This document shows positions 13,136 to 23,818 of a stretch of 64,000 nucleotides of DNA, piece after piece (position 1 is the first letter of the stretch; each line of letters opens with the position of its first letter). The stretch lies in the NCBI RefSeq assembly GCF_006345805.1, contig NC_043010.1:32054001-32118000 (forward strand), written 5' to 3'. The position numbers were made by a program, and so were the translations under genes. This stretch comes from Octopus sinensis. Lineage: Eukaryota. The notes under the pieces were generated by a model. It was given only the letters and a program-made list of their open reading frames with translations. It had not been told where the DNA came from and searched no databases.

Positions 13136-13444
13136 CCAAATGGGTGGTGGGGGTCATGCTAGGAGATGAGGATTTAAAGTATGAGAGAAGCAGAGTAGGC
13201 AGAGCAAGTTGTTGAAGGGGAGCTAAATGGCTGGTCACAGTTTGAAGAGAGGGTGAGAATGATCTGTAAGAGCTGCAAAAAGATAAGTAGTGGTGACAAG
13301 GTGTCCAGGTAAGGAAGGGTGGAGGTTTACAAGAGAGAGAAGAGAGAGAGAGAGAGTAAGAGATGGGGGAATTGAGGGGGAGAGGAGGTAGGCAATGACT
13401 GTAAAATTGGGCCAGTTTGGATAGATCGTTAGCCACTACACACA

Positions 13445-13602
13445 TTTTTTTCTCTCCTTGTTTTTTCTGTGTCCCTTTTCTGTAGAAGAGTGTAGGCTCG
13501 AAACATAAAAGACTTTTTCTATTCCTGAGCGTTATACTAATACATCTGTTTGTTTTGTACACCACCTGTCTTCGTCTTTTGTTTTTTTCGTAAACTCTCC
13601 CT
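13445..13602 (+). mobile_element. PLE-type terminal repeat with hammerhead-like motif (13471-13513)
   Basis: CTTTT-CTGTAGA-A-GAGT-GTAG-GCTC-GAAA-CATA-AAAGAC. Homologous to 5083 and 37839. Ends in (TA)n. Confidence 0.55.
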
Positions 13603-14110
13603 ATATATATATATATATATATATTATAATTATATACATAATTATAACAAGGGTTTGGCTTGTGCCTCACCATGCAATGAAAAATAGATGTCAAAAGACA
13701 CTATTACCACCATAAATTCTCTGAGAAAAACACACTACATAATAGGCTAGTAGAAGAAAGAAAATGAATTACAAACTTTGGTTAACCACGTACATGATTG
13801 TGTTTTGGGTTTAAAGTAATAAAAAACATTACCTTTTGCCTTCATCAGTGTTGGTACACCCAGGCATAAATATACGAGTGGCCATGGATATGTAAGCGAG
13901 CTATGTCTTCGCTTAGCTTATACTGTGGTGGTAATAGTGTCTTTTGACATCTATTTTTCAGTGCGTGGTGAGGCACAGGCCAAACCGTTGTTATAATTAT
14001 GTATAAAATTATAAAATATTTATAAAATTTACCTATGAGGTTTTGTTTCCGTGCTGACCACTTAGTAAAAATCATTTAGGATTTTACCCTTTATTATATA
14101 TATATATATA

Positions 14111-14426
14111 TTGATAGAAATGGTAAGACAACAAAAGAATGAAAGAGACCTCAATATTATGTAAATAGAGGAATTTATCTGTAAATGTAATATGTGACAA
14201 TTATTCGGTAGCCATGATAAAACTTCAAGTTTCAGATGTCGGGGTAGAAATCCACTCCGTCATCTCTTCAGTTATCTGGCCATTGGAAAAAATGCTATGG
14301 ATTTTCATAGCATTTTTTCCAATGGCCGGATAACTGAAGAGATGGCAGAGTAGATTTCCATCCTGACATCCGAAACTCGGAGTTTTATCATGGCTACCAA
14401 ACAATTGTCACATATTACATTTACAG

Positions 14427-14428
<2 letters not shown>
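14111..14428. mobile_element. Foldback element (arms 14177-14299 / 14306-14428, left extension to 14111) with a hammerhead fold in each arm
   Basis: Inverted repeat centred at 14302.5. Flanked by (TA)n and (CA)n. Homologous to 20725-20922. Confidence 0.9.
14329..14389 (+). ncRNA. Minimal type I hammerhead-like ribozyme (mirror copy 14216-14276 on -)
   Basis: GAUAA-CUGAAGA-GAUG[..]CAUC-C-GAAA-CUC-G-GAG-UU-UUAUC. Canonical core, 5-bp stem I, quasi-palindromic helix III, predicted cleavage at GUU after 14384. Confidence 0.7.
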
Positions 14429-14464
<36 letters not shown>

Positions 14465-14639
14465 ACACACTCACACACACATGATGGGATCTCCTTTTGA
14501 AGACAACATTGTGAGTGTTTGATTTTTGCTGAACAACCTACATAAATGACTTGTTTATAGAGACTAAATATATGTGCTGTACATTAGCTCACCACCTCCA
14601 TCAAATCTTGTACAAGTGTACAAGAGTGTCACACATCAG

Positions 14640-15080
14640 ATATCAAAATGTTTGCTGAGCAACATGCCCAGGCAAATCAGAACGAAGCTGTTCATTGCAA
14701 CGGTTGAATCAGTGCTGTTATATGGCAATGAAATATGGACAAAGAAATGATCAAATGGGCTGAATGGATGCTACACAAGGATGCTACAAATGGCTCTGTA
14801 TGTGAAATGACAGCAACATATGACAAATGAATTGCCTTTATGGAGACCTGCCAAAGGTTAACAAGAAGATCACACAGAGACCGTTGCTACTATCTGATCA
14901 CTGAGTGCACCATCCTTAGCTGGGAGCATCCAAATTATTCTTGTGGAACCCACTTCATGGTGATGTAAGCAGAGGAAAACATCATTACATATGGACAACT
15001 TGATTGTAGACACTGGCCTTGAATATATCCAGGATCTTGAAGCAGTGATGATAGACCAAGAAGTCTGGCAGGTAGATTTT
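14640..15080 (+). pseudogene. RTE-clade LINE ORF2 C-terminal remnant
   Basis: Reads, with frameshifts, QIRTKLFIATVESVLLYGNEIW...GCYTRMLQMAL...LYGDLPKV...LFLWNPLHG, typical of RTE C-termini. Confidence 0.75.
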
Positions 15081-15258
15081 GTTGCCGTAATAATAAATAA
15101 CCTGGCCATAATAATAGATAATATTCCGACAAGTCTGTTTTTCCTATTTCCGTAAGGGGATGTGGGACTCAATGAGTAACATTTACTGTAGTTTTGACTT
15201 CGAGAAAAGAATATTTTTATAAATGTTCACTATCTAACAAAAACTAGATCAGCTAATA

Positions 15259-15297
<39 letters not shown>

Positions 15298-15329
15298 TAA
15301 TAATAATAATATAATAATAATAATAATGA

Positions 15330-15860
15330 AATTATTGTATACAGTGCTCAGGTGCACCACAACTTGTCAAAAAGTGCGTATAAAGTATATGCAGTAATGT
15401 ACAAATGTCTGGAAAGCAAACAGTGTACGAGTCAGATACATGCTTGCGTGTGTATGGAGGGGAGAAAATCAGGTGTAGTGTTGGCGAATCTCAGGAATCA
15501 TGGAAGTTTTGAAGGATGCAGTGCTCCGACAACTAACAACTGATGCCAGCAGTTTGTTCCATGCTTCAGCAACTCTCAGCGTGAAAAAATGTTTCCGAAA
15601 GTCATGGGAGCTGTGCTGTTTTCTGACTTTGTAAATATGTCCACGGGTGTTAGACGGGTGGAGTTTGAAAAGGTGCTCAGAGTTATTGTTTGTAAGATGG
15701 TTAATAATTTTATGGGTGTCTGCCAAGTCAGCTGTCAGACATCGGAGTTTCAATGTGTTTATGTCCAGAGAAGTAAGGCGTTCAGAATATGGCAAATGAC
15801 TTTCTCTAAATACATTAAAAACCACTATAACATATTCAGAACACTTTTTCAGAAAACTAC
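15330..15860 (-). mobile_element. CR1-clade LINE 3' end with (ATT)n tail
   Basis: ORF 15469-15879 contains LPYSERL...NTRGHIYKVRKQHSSHDFRKHFFTLRVAEAWNKL, the CR1 C-terminal TRGH..RKHFF..RV..WN motif. An AAT tail lies at 15260-15325. Confidence 0.85.
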
Positions 15861-17286
15861 CTCTGTTCTCTTTGAGCATATAAAAGACAAATTTAGATGG
15901 GTCAGAATGAGTAAGAAAAGATAAGGTAAATTTTCCTCTTCAATTCTTTAGAATTACATTTGAAAAAACTCATACACATCAATATCTAAGTCAAATGAAA
16001 AGGAATCATGGGAAAATGGCATAATATGAAATTAATGAAACTTGACTAGATCAAAAAACTCAACATAAAATATTCTCTATAGCTTCTTCATGATCTGCAG
16101 AACTTTTCGAAATTTTCAAAACACATGAGGATTCATACAACTATGAAAATTTTTAAAAACTTTTCAAATCTTTTTTTTTAATTACAGACAGTCCTAAATT
16201 TTGATTTCTGACTCAACAATAGACTATTAAACATGTCTATGGGGAGAAAGATATTGAAAAACATCAATACATCAGAATGACTGAGAAACAAGGAGGGTAT
16301 CAAGTGATCATGAAATGTGCTAAAAATAACAGCTAAATAGACTGTAAATCAGACACAAAAAGCTTTATTTTTGTCTTTTCATAGTTGTATGAATTCCCAT
16401 GTGTAGACTACAAATTCACAAAAAATTTCTGAGAATTCTAAAAACTAGAAAAAGCTATGGGATGTTATATGGGTTACTTAAAGCAGAATTCCACCTGGCT
16501 CTCTTCCTGATACAAATGTATCATGCAATTAAAGAGAAGAGATTATTGAAATTAGTCATTACTCATTTTACCCCAGTATAGACATCAGTTTTTGAAAATT
16601 GAAATTTATATCAAATTAGACATTAGTGTGGGAAAAATTGACTTGGAACTCAGCAGAGAAAAGAATTCAGATTGTTGAACACCCAAAATTTTCTATATAT
16701 TTCATTAGCAACCTCAGTTACAACTGGGTCAAAGTTGAGGGGAAATTTCTTGAAAATAAAGTACCTGTTACCTGACGGTTTCAAACTGCCTCAACTGAAA
16801 CAACAACAATGGTGGCCAATGTTTACTCCCAAAGATGATGCAAGAATTCAAGTATTTGACAAAATGATGAAAAATAGTGGAAAAAGAAAGAAAAAAAAAT
16901 TGGTTTAATGAAAACATGTGAGCATAAAAGCAATAATTCTAAAGCTGAAGAACAAAAATGCTTTGAGCTGTTGAGAGATGTAATTTTATTATTAAAACTA
17001 AATTCAAAATTCAAACTTTGGAACACATAACTTACTTACTTTTTCATTAAATTGGACCAGTTTTCAATGCCGCACTGAAATAATGAGGTTTATAATGGCA
17101 ACATATGTGTGTGCGTATTTGTGTGTGTGTGTGTGTCTTTACTGGCCAGTGGCCAATCTAACGTCACTGTACTGTCATGCACTGAATGAAGGAATCTGAA
17201 CTAGAGATAAATAGCATCTTTGTATCAATCTTTTTATCTATTTTTATATACATCCATGCTCTCACACACATATACACACTCTCACA

Positions 17287-17320
<34 letters not shown>

Positions 17321-17775
17321 ACACACACACACATACACACTCACAGATACATACATTATTTGGAGTGTTGTTTTCTGTTGATGTTCCAAAAGGAATGACA
17401 ATTAATTCTCATGGGAATTGTGGCTGTCTTGGGAATGGGTAGCAAAGTGTTTTTTAATTGAATAAATAGTTGTTTATTTATCAAAAAGGAGAGTCCATTG
17501 CATTTTTTATGATATGTTTGTTTATTGAAAGAGAGCCTCTGCACAAAAGATTGCTGAGAAGTGGAGCCCTCCTATATTGAAAACTTCTTGGCTTTGGGTA
17601 ACAGGAAGACCAGTTAATTATGATTTTATTCAACCTATTCCCCTCTCAGATTCATACACTTATTTCAGTGGTCCTTCAGTTTTTCTAAGTTCTGTAAAAG
17701 AACTTGCAAGGTTGGGCCTCCAGCTAGGCCTTTTGTGATACCTCAAATATCAGGAACTTTTCATACAGATACACA

Positions 17776-17835
<60 letters not shown>

Positions 17836-17860
17836 GATAGATACATAGAAAGATAGATAG

Positions 17861-18023
17861 AGATCAAAACAGTTTGATCCAAACTCCTTGGTACTCCAAG
17901 TTTTAAGTGTGAAGTTAATCCTCTGCTGTTGGACATTAGAATGGAGAAAGTCCAACAGCTGAGGATTATCATCACACTTGAAACTCAGAGTGCCAAGGAG
18001 TTTGCATCAAACTGTTTTGATCT
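17861..18023. repeat. Foldback element, ~74-bp arms and 15-nt loop
   Basis: AGATCAAAACAGTTTGAT...CTGTTGGAC pairs with GTCCAACAG...ATCAAACTGTTTTGATCT. Confidence 0.85.
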
Positions 18024-18902
18024 ATACATGTAACTCCCAATAAAAGTGCCCTACCTTCGTAGTCGACTCACTCATATGTGTGTGTATGTGTGAGCATATA
18101 TATTTCAAAAATTGTAGAAAAACGTACAGGACAATGACAAAACAAACATGACAAGATAAAATATATGTATACTACAAAAAAATATACATATGCAACAAGA
18201 AAGTTGTGCAGCCACAAGACAGTCAGATATGGGGTAACACAAAGGAAAATGAAAATGTTCTTTAGGACTGGAGATGAAAGAAGGACAGATAGAAAGTCAG
18301 AACGGACGAAGAAATAACAAATGGGTAAAAAGACAGGAAGTGTGTGTGTTGTGTGTTTCCCTATTTTAAATGTAAGATGCATATTGAGTGACAATTATAT
18401 TCTGTTTCTAACATATTGAACAACTATGTAGTATATTCCTGGTTGGTTTCTATTACTATGGCAATGCCTGCAATGGTTGTGTTGTTAGTCAGGCAGTAAT
18501 GTGTATGATGGCTTTTCCTATTGGCATTTACCTGATAATTAAGTATAGAACTGTTACTGATAGGTCTGTGACTAGAGATCAGTGAATCAGTTAACTTTGG
18601 TAGTAATAATTGCTTGGTTTTGGAGTATCAGAACTCTTTATCTGTATTGCAGATACACAGCATCAAGGTTTGTAAACCATATCAATATTCCAGCATGGAA
18701 AGTGAAAGTGAAACAGTTATGATGATGAAGCTGATGATGATGAAAAATATATATGCTAATATTTAATGCTAACACACTACCACACTTGATACTTCTACAG
18801 GCAACCTTTTTTCTGCTCCACATATATTTGTGTTTTTTACATATATATATATATTTGTTTTCTTTTTTCAAATACATATAATCATATACTTTGTATTTAT
18901 AT

Positions 18903-19215
18903 ATATGAAGGAGTAACCCCCCAACCCTGAATTATGCGATATTATTTTATTCACTTAGTTTTACATGTTTATACTATTACTGCCTTCAAAGTATTCTCCA
19001 TTTGCAGCTATATATTGGCCCAGATGCGTTTTTCACTGTTTGAAGCAATCCTGGAACTCTTGTAACAAGATGCCTTTTAAAGCCTAAATTTTTTTTTCAC
19101 AGAATGCAAAATTGGGTGAATAGGGTGAGTGGGTAAAGCATCACGCCATTTATTCACTTGTTCTTTGTAATTTGATACAGGCAATTGTGGAATCACTCAT
19201 TATTGTCCTCAGCAC
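18903..19215 (-). mobile_element. Probable mariner-type transposon 3' remnant
   Basis: TA-TGAAGGAGTAACCC TIR-like start followed by degraded transposase-like sequence. Recognition is tentative. Confidence 0.35.
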
Positions 19216-20116
19216 CCTTTTTCTTTCCAAGAATTTGTTTTCACATTTTCTTTCTTCTTCTACTTCTTCCTCCTTTCTTCTCTCCTCCTCCTCCTCTCCC
19301 CCCCCTCCTTTTATCTACTTTGCTATTTGCACTGTCCTTGTTTTGTCCATATTTTCACAGTCTGTTTACATTTTCATTTTCATTTTCATTTACTTTTTGC
19401 TTTCTTCGCTGGGTAAAGCATATAGTATTTTGTGAGTGGAATGAGTTTGCATCATTAACTGATGATTATGCTGAGGATGGGTGACCACTCAAAAACTTGA
19501 GTCCATATGTATCATGTAAGGCTACAGATGGGAGTGATGATCACTCTTTGCTAATACTAATTTGACCCAGAAAGTGTGTCATTAGCCAGCTGGAAGAGAT
19601 GTCTTCCTGTGGCTATAAATGTCAGTAGCACTGTCCTGTATAGGACGTCACACATGGTTGGCAATTATATGTTATGATTCCATATTGCTACCGTTTATAT
19701 CTTGCTCAGAGATTTAATATAATCAATATATATATATATATATACATATGCACATGCAAACATACATATACATTTTTAGGAATTAATAACAGATAATATC
19801 AGTAGTTATTAGATGGTGGTTTTTAACATATGATTTCCTTACCTGTTCATTCCTCAAAATTCAATCACTATGCACACACTCACACACACACACACAAACG
19901 CATTCATGAACACACAAATACAGAAGATGTACATGCATGCACACAGATTTGTGTAATAAATGGTTTCAAGAGAAGATACCTATTATATTGGTGTATTGAT
20001 CCAACGGCAAAGTAATGCAGTGTATAGAGTGTAGACCAGAGAAGGCAGCAGCAGTAGGGAAAAGGGTGGTGTGATGATGTGGAGGAGGGAGAATTAAAAA
20101 AAGGTAAATATATAGA

Positions 20117-20147
<31 letters not shown>

Positions 20148-20349
20148 ATGAAGGAATGAATAAAAGTGCAATTTAATGAACCAAACAAGAAATGAGGGTA
20201 AGGTACATATATGAATTCTTGAAGCTTGTGAATATCATGGAACGGTTGTGCTGGAATTAACAAGGTATGTTTAGTTGTGGCACTGTGATGATCTATGTGT
20301 ATATAGGTTTAACTGTATGTGTGTATGCTTGTGAATATGTGTGTTATAG

Positions 20350-20381
<32 letters not shown>

Positions 20382-20387
20382 CATGTG

Positions 20388-20425
<38 letters not shown>

Positions 20426-20436
20426 TGTCTGTATGT

Positions 20437-20629
20437 ATATATCAGTTGAATAAAGTTACTACATGGTCTAGTTTTGACGATTTTTATTATTGTATTTTTA
20501 AAAAAATGTTTTACAATGTTGTACTGTGTTAAACAAAAACATTACGACATTGCAAAAAACTTTCTTTAAAATACAATAATAAAAAACGTGAAAACCAGAC
20601 CATGTCGTAAATTTATTCAACTGATGTAT
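20437..20629. mobile_element. Foldback/MITE-like element, ~87-bp imperfect arms and 19-nt loop
   Basis: ATCAGTTGAATAAAGTTACTACATGGTCT...TTGTA pairs with TACGA...AGACCATGTCGTAAATTTATTCAACTGAT. Confidence 0.8.
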
Positions 20630-20724
20630 TATTCTATATACATTTACACAAATTAGGAAAAAAATATAATATATATATACATACATACATATATTATGTC
20701 TATGTATGTATGTATATATATATA

Positions 20725-20920
20725 TTGGTAAAAATTGTAAGATAACAAAAGAAAGAAAGTGACCTCAATATTATGTAAATAGAGGAAATTTATCTGTAAA
20801 ATAATATACAAGAATTATTCGATAGCAAAGATAAAACTCTGAGTTTCGGATGTCGAGGTGGAAATCCACAACACCATCTCTTCGGTTATCTGGCCAGATA
20901 ATTGTCACATATTATTTCAG

Positions 20921-20922
<2 letters not shown>
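20725..20922. mobile_element. Second copy of the 14111 family; hammerhead fold on - at 20830-20890, right arm internally deleted
   Basis: Minus strand reads GAUAA-CCGAAGA-GAUG..CAUC-C-GAAA-CUC-A-GAG-UU-UUAUC. The centre is TTATCTGGCCAGATAA, then the sequence jumps to TTGTCACATATT. Confidence 0.85.
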
Positions 20923-20993
<71 letters not shown>

Positions 20994-20996
20994 TAT

Positions 20997-21804
20997 ATAC
21001 ACAGAGGTTATAATCTATTTAAATCTGAAATTATACATTCATGCTTTCTTGTTCTTTTTGTTAAGTGTCCTGTCCATTGTGCCCCAGAGGTGTTCAATGG
21101 GGCTCATATCTGGTAACTGGCTTAGCAATTGAAGCTTTTTAATGCCATTCTCATCCAACAAATCTTGGAATAAATGATAACCAGATGGGGCAATGCCCAG
21201 CAAACATGGTGGGTGAGGCATCATTTCCCATTCAAACTGCTCCAGACTTTGGAATGTCATCCTCATTGTATGTGACCAAGCATTATCCTGATGGAAGAAT
21301 ACCTTTCGTCTTGAAACCAAAGATAGTCATTTCTTTTGTAGCACAAGTGTTGATGAATGGTTGAATGACCAAATCCAAGATTCTCTTCTAGTTCTTCAAC
21401 AGTTATGATGGGATTTTTTTCCACTAGGGTTTGCAGAACATCCTATTGAGCTCTATAGATCTTTCAGGCTGTAGTTTTCGGCTTGGAATTTCTAGAAACA
21501 ACAGTGACATATACTGATCTCCATATACTGCCTTAATATTTCTCACGCTTTCCATTACATTCTTAACCTTATTGAACTCATAAAGCAAAATAAGCCAAAT
21601 ATGCTCCTTTGTCACTTCCATTATAGCTTTGAAAATAATAACTGTTAAAATCGAATTGCACTCTTCAAAACTTGCACTAAGGATAAGTACAAAATAAAAT
21701 TACTACCTGTTTTTATAGCAAGTTGATGCAGGTAGTTTATTCTGTCTGCTTCTGACTTTTAGTTCATGCAATTGAAAAAACTGCATTATTTATGGGATGA
21801 CCTA
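20997..21804 (-). mobile_element. Mariner (DD34D-type) transposon remnant
   Basis: MEVTKEHIWLILLYEFNK..ESVRNIKAVYGD (N-terminal HTH) and VFFHQDNAWSHT...EMMPHPPCLLGIAPSGYHLF (catalytic region). TIR-like CATTATTTATGGGATGACC-TA at 21784-21804. Confidence 0.8.
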
Positions 21805-21826
21805 GTGGTGGGGGTGTATGCAAGAT

Positions 21827-21990
21827 GCAGGCATGGCTGTGTGGTAAGAAACTTTCTTCCCAACCACATGGTTCCAGGTTCAGTCTCTCTGTGTGATACC
21901 TTGGGCAAGTGTCTTCTACTATAACTTTAAGCCAACCAAAGCTTTGTGAGTAGATTTGGTAGACAGAACCTAAAAAAAGCCTGTTATATA
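21827..21990 (+). mobile_element. tRNA-derived SINE family A, 5' part
   Basis: A-box TGGCTGTGTGG, B-box GGTTCAGTC, CCTTGGGCAAGTGTCTTCTACTAT. Confidence 0.8.
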
Positions 21991-21995
21991 TATAT

Positions 21996-22124
21996 AACAG
22001 AAAGCCACAATATGGTATCCTTATTTAATCAGAATTTGGAAAATTGTGGCTTTTGAAACATGTGTAGAATGCAATAAAAGGAATTCTGTTCAATCTTCGT
22101 TCAACTCCATTTCTTCAATTCACT

Positions 22125-22125
<1 letters not shown>
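21996..22125 (+). mobile_element. 5'-truncated hammerhead-bearing PLE-like fragment
   Basis: Stem AAAGCCACAAT/ATTGTGGCTTT followed by GAAA-CATGTG-TA-GAATG. The 5' core is replaced by (TA)n. Confidence 0.4.
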
Positions 22126-22172
<47 letters not shown>

Positions 22173-22427
22173 TATATAAATATATATATACATATAAAAG
22201 ATGGAAGTGGGAATAGCACAGAAGAAAGTCTAAGACATTTCAATTTAAGAAGGAATTTAATAAAAATTATATAAAGAAAATATTACCAGTTTTGATGTAT
22301 CTCATCTTATCAAACATTAGTAAAAATTTATAAAAATTTGGAGTAAAAATAGTTTATCTTCTGTCTGGGGGTCAGACATGTTCTTGACCCCCAGACGGAA
22401 GATAAACTCTTTATATATATATCTATG

Positions 22428-23010
22428 TATGTGGCTGCATGGTAAGAAGATGCTTCCCAACCACATGGAACCTTGGGCATGTATCTTCTACCAAAGCCTT
22501 GTGAGTGGATTTGGTAGATGAAAACTGAAAGAAGCTCATCGTATATATATAAATACATATATATTTATATATTATTGTATATATATGTATGTAAGTATGT
22601 ATATAGCTATGTGTATGTCTTTGTGTCTATGTTTGTCTCCCCACCATCACACACACACACACACACACACCTAACTATGAGAGATGTCTATAAATGGTCA
22701 AGTCAAGCCATTCAAAGATATTTTCAACAGTAGTGAAACACAACATTACAGAGATTTATTATAATATAGCCATATTTAATAAAGCACCAGGATAATTACA
22801 TCATATAATGATAAATGGGGAGATAGAGGTGATGACAAGTGGAGAAGCAGTAGTAAAGGTGTGTTATGTCCCCATAATTTGGCAGTTTAGCAAAAGAGAC
22901 TGATAGAATAAGTACTAGGCTTAAAAAATAAATCCTGGGTGTCAATTTGTTTGACTAAACTAGTGCTCCAGCATGGCCACAATCAAATGACTGCAACAAG
23001 TAAAAAATAA
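22428..23010 (+). mobile_element. SINE family A interrupted by an inverted copy of nearby sequence
   Basis: Head at 22428-22550, middle to CCACCATCAC (~22650), tail resuming at GGTGTGTTATGTCCCC (~22859) and running to TGACTGCAACAAGTAAAA. Confidence 0.7.
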
Positions 23011-23222
23011 AAGAATGTATGCATATATATATGCTGTTGGATTTATAACACTTTTCCTTCACCCCTTTAATTCTATATCATTTGTACTGTGTAAGTCGGA
23101 TTCTTATACATTTTTGTATTTCATGTATTTAATATACTTTATATATTGATCTGTCTAATTTGCTTATCCCTACATTTACTTACATATATGTATTTATAAG
23201 TATGTGAGTATGTACGTCTGTG

Positions 23223-23255
<33 letters not shown>

Positions 23256-23818
23256 TATATATACGTGTGTGTGTAAGAATGTATGTTTATATGTACACAT
23301 GCATATTATATGTATTATGTGTATATGCATTTATATGTGTGTGTGTGTGTATACATACATATGTATGTATGTATTTATATTTGAGTGTGTTTGTGTTTGT
23401 GTGTGCATATATATATATATATACACACACACATACAAACACAGGTGGATACCTCTCTCTCTCTCTCTCATTAACACCCACACACACACGCACACACAAA
23501 ACTGTTTCCCTTAAACTCAGTAGGAATGTTTTGTTCAGTTTAATTTTAACACAGTTTTATATATCTAAAATCTATTGCTGACATTTTAATGTCAGAACCT
23601 GCTATAAAGATGGCTGTTAAGGCAAGAACTCTTTGATGTTGCTTCTCCCCTTGTCATCACCTCTATCTCCCCATTTATCATTATATGATGTAATTATCCT
23701 GATGCTTTATTAAACATGGCCATATTATAAGGAATCGCTATAACGTTGTGCTTCATTACTGTTGAAAATATTTTTGAATGATGTGACTTGACCATTTCTA
23801 GACAACTCTCATAGTTAG
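22671..23818. repeat. Long-spaced inverted repeat, ~179-bp arms (22671-22849 / 23640-23818)
   Basis: CTAACTATGAGAGATGTCTATAAATGGTCAAGTC...GGAGAAGCA is the reverse complement of 23640-23818 with scattered mismatches. Both arms abut CA/TG tracts. Confidence 0.85.

Noticed and set aside
13119-13694. 191-aa minus-strand ORF
   Set aside because: It is a composite of (TA)n, the antisense PLE terminus and degraded pyrimidine-rich retroelement-like sequence, not a coherent gene.
16180-17060. Possible gene or transposase exons
   Set aside because: Stops occur in all frames after candidate acceptors and no motif is recognisable. Probably degraded TE.
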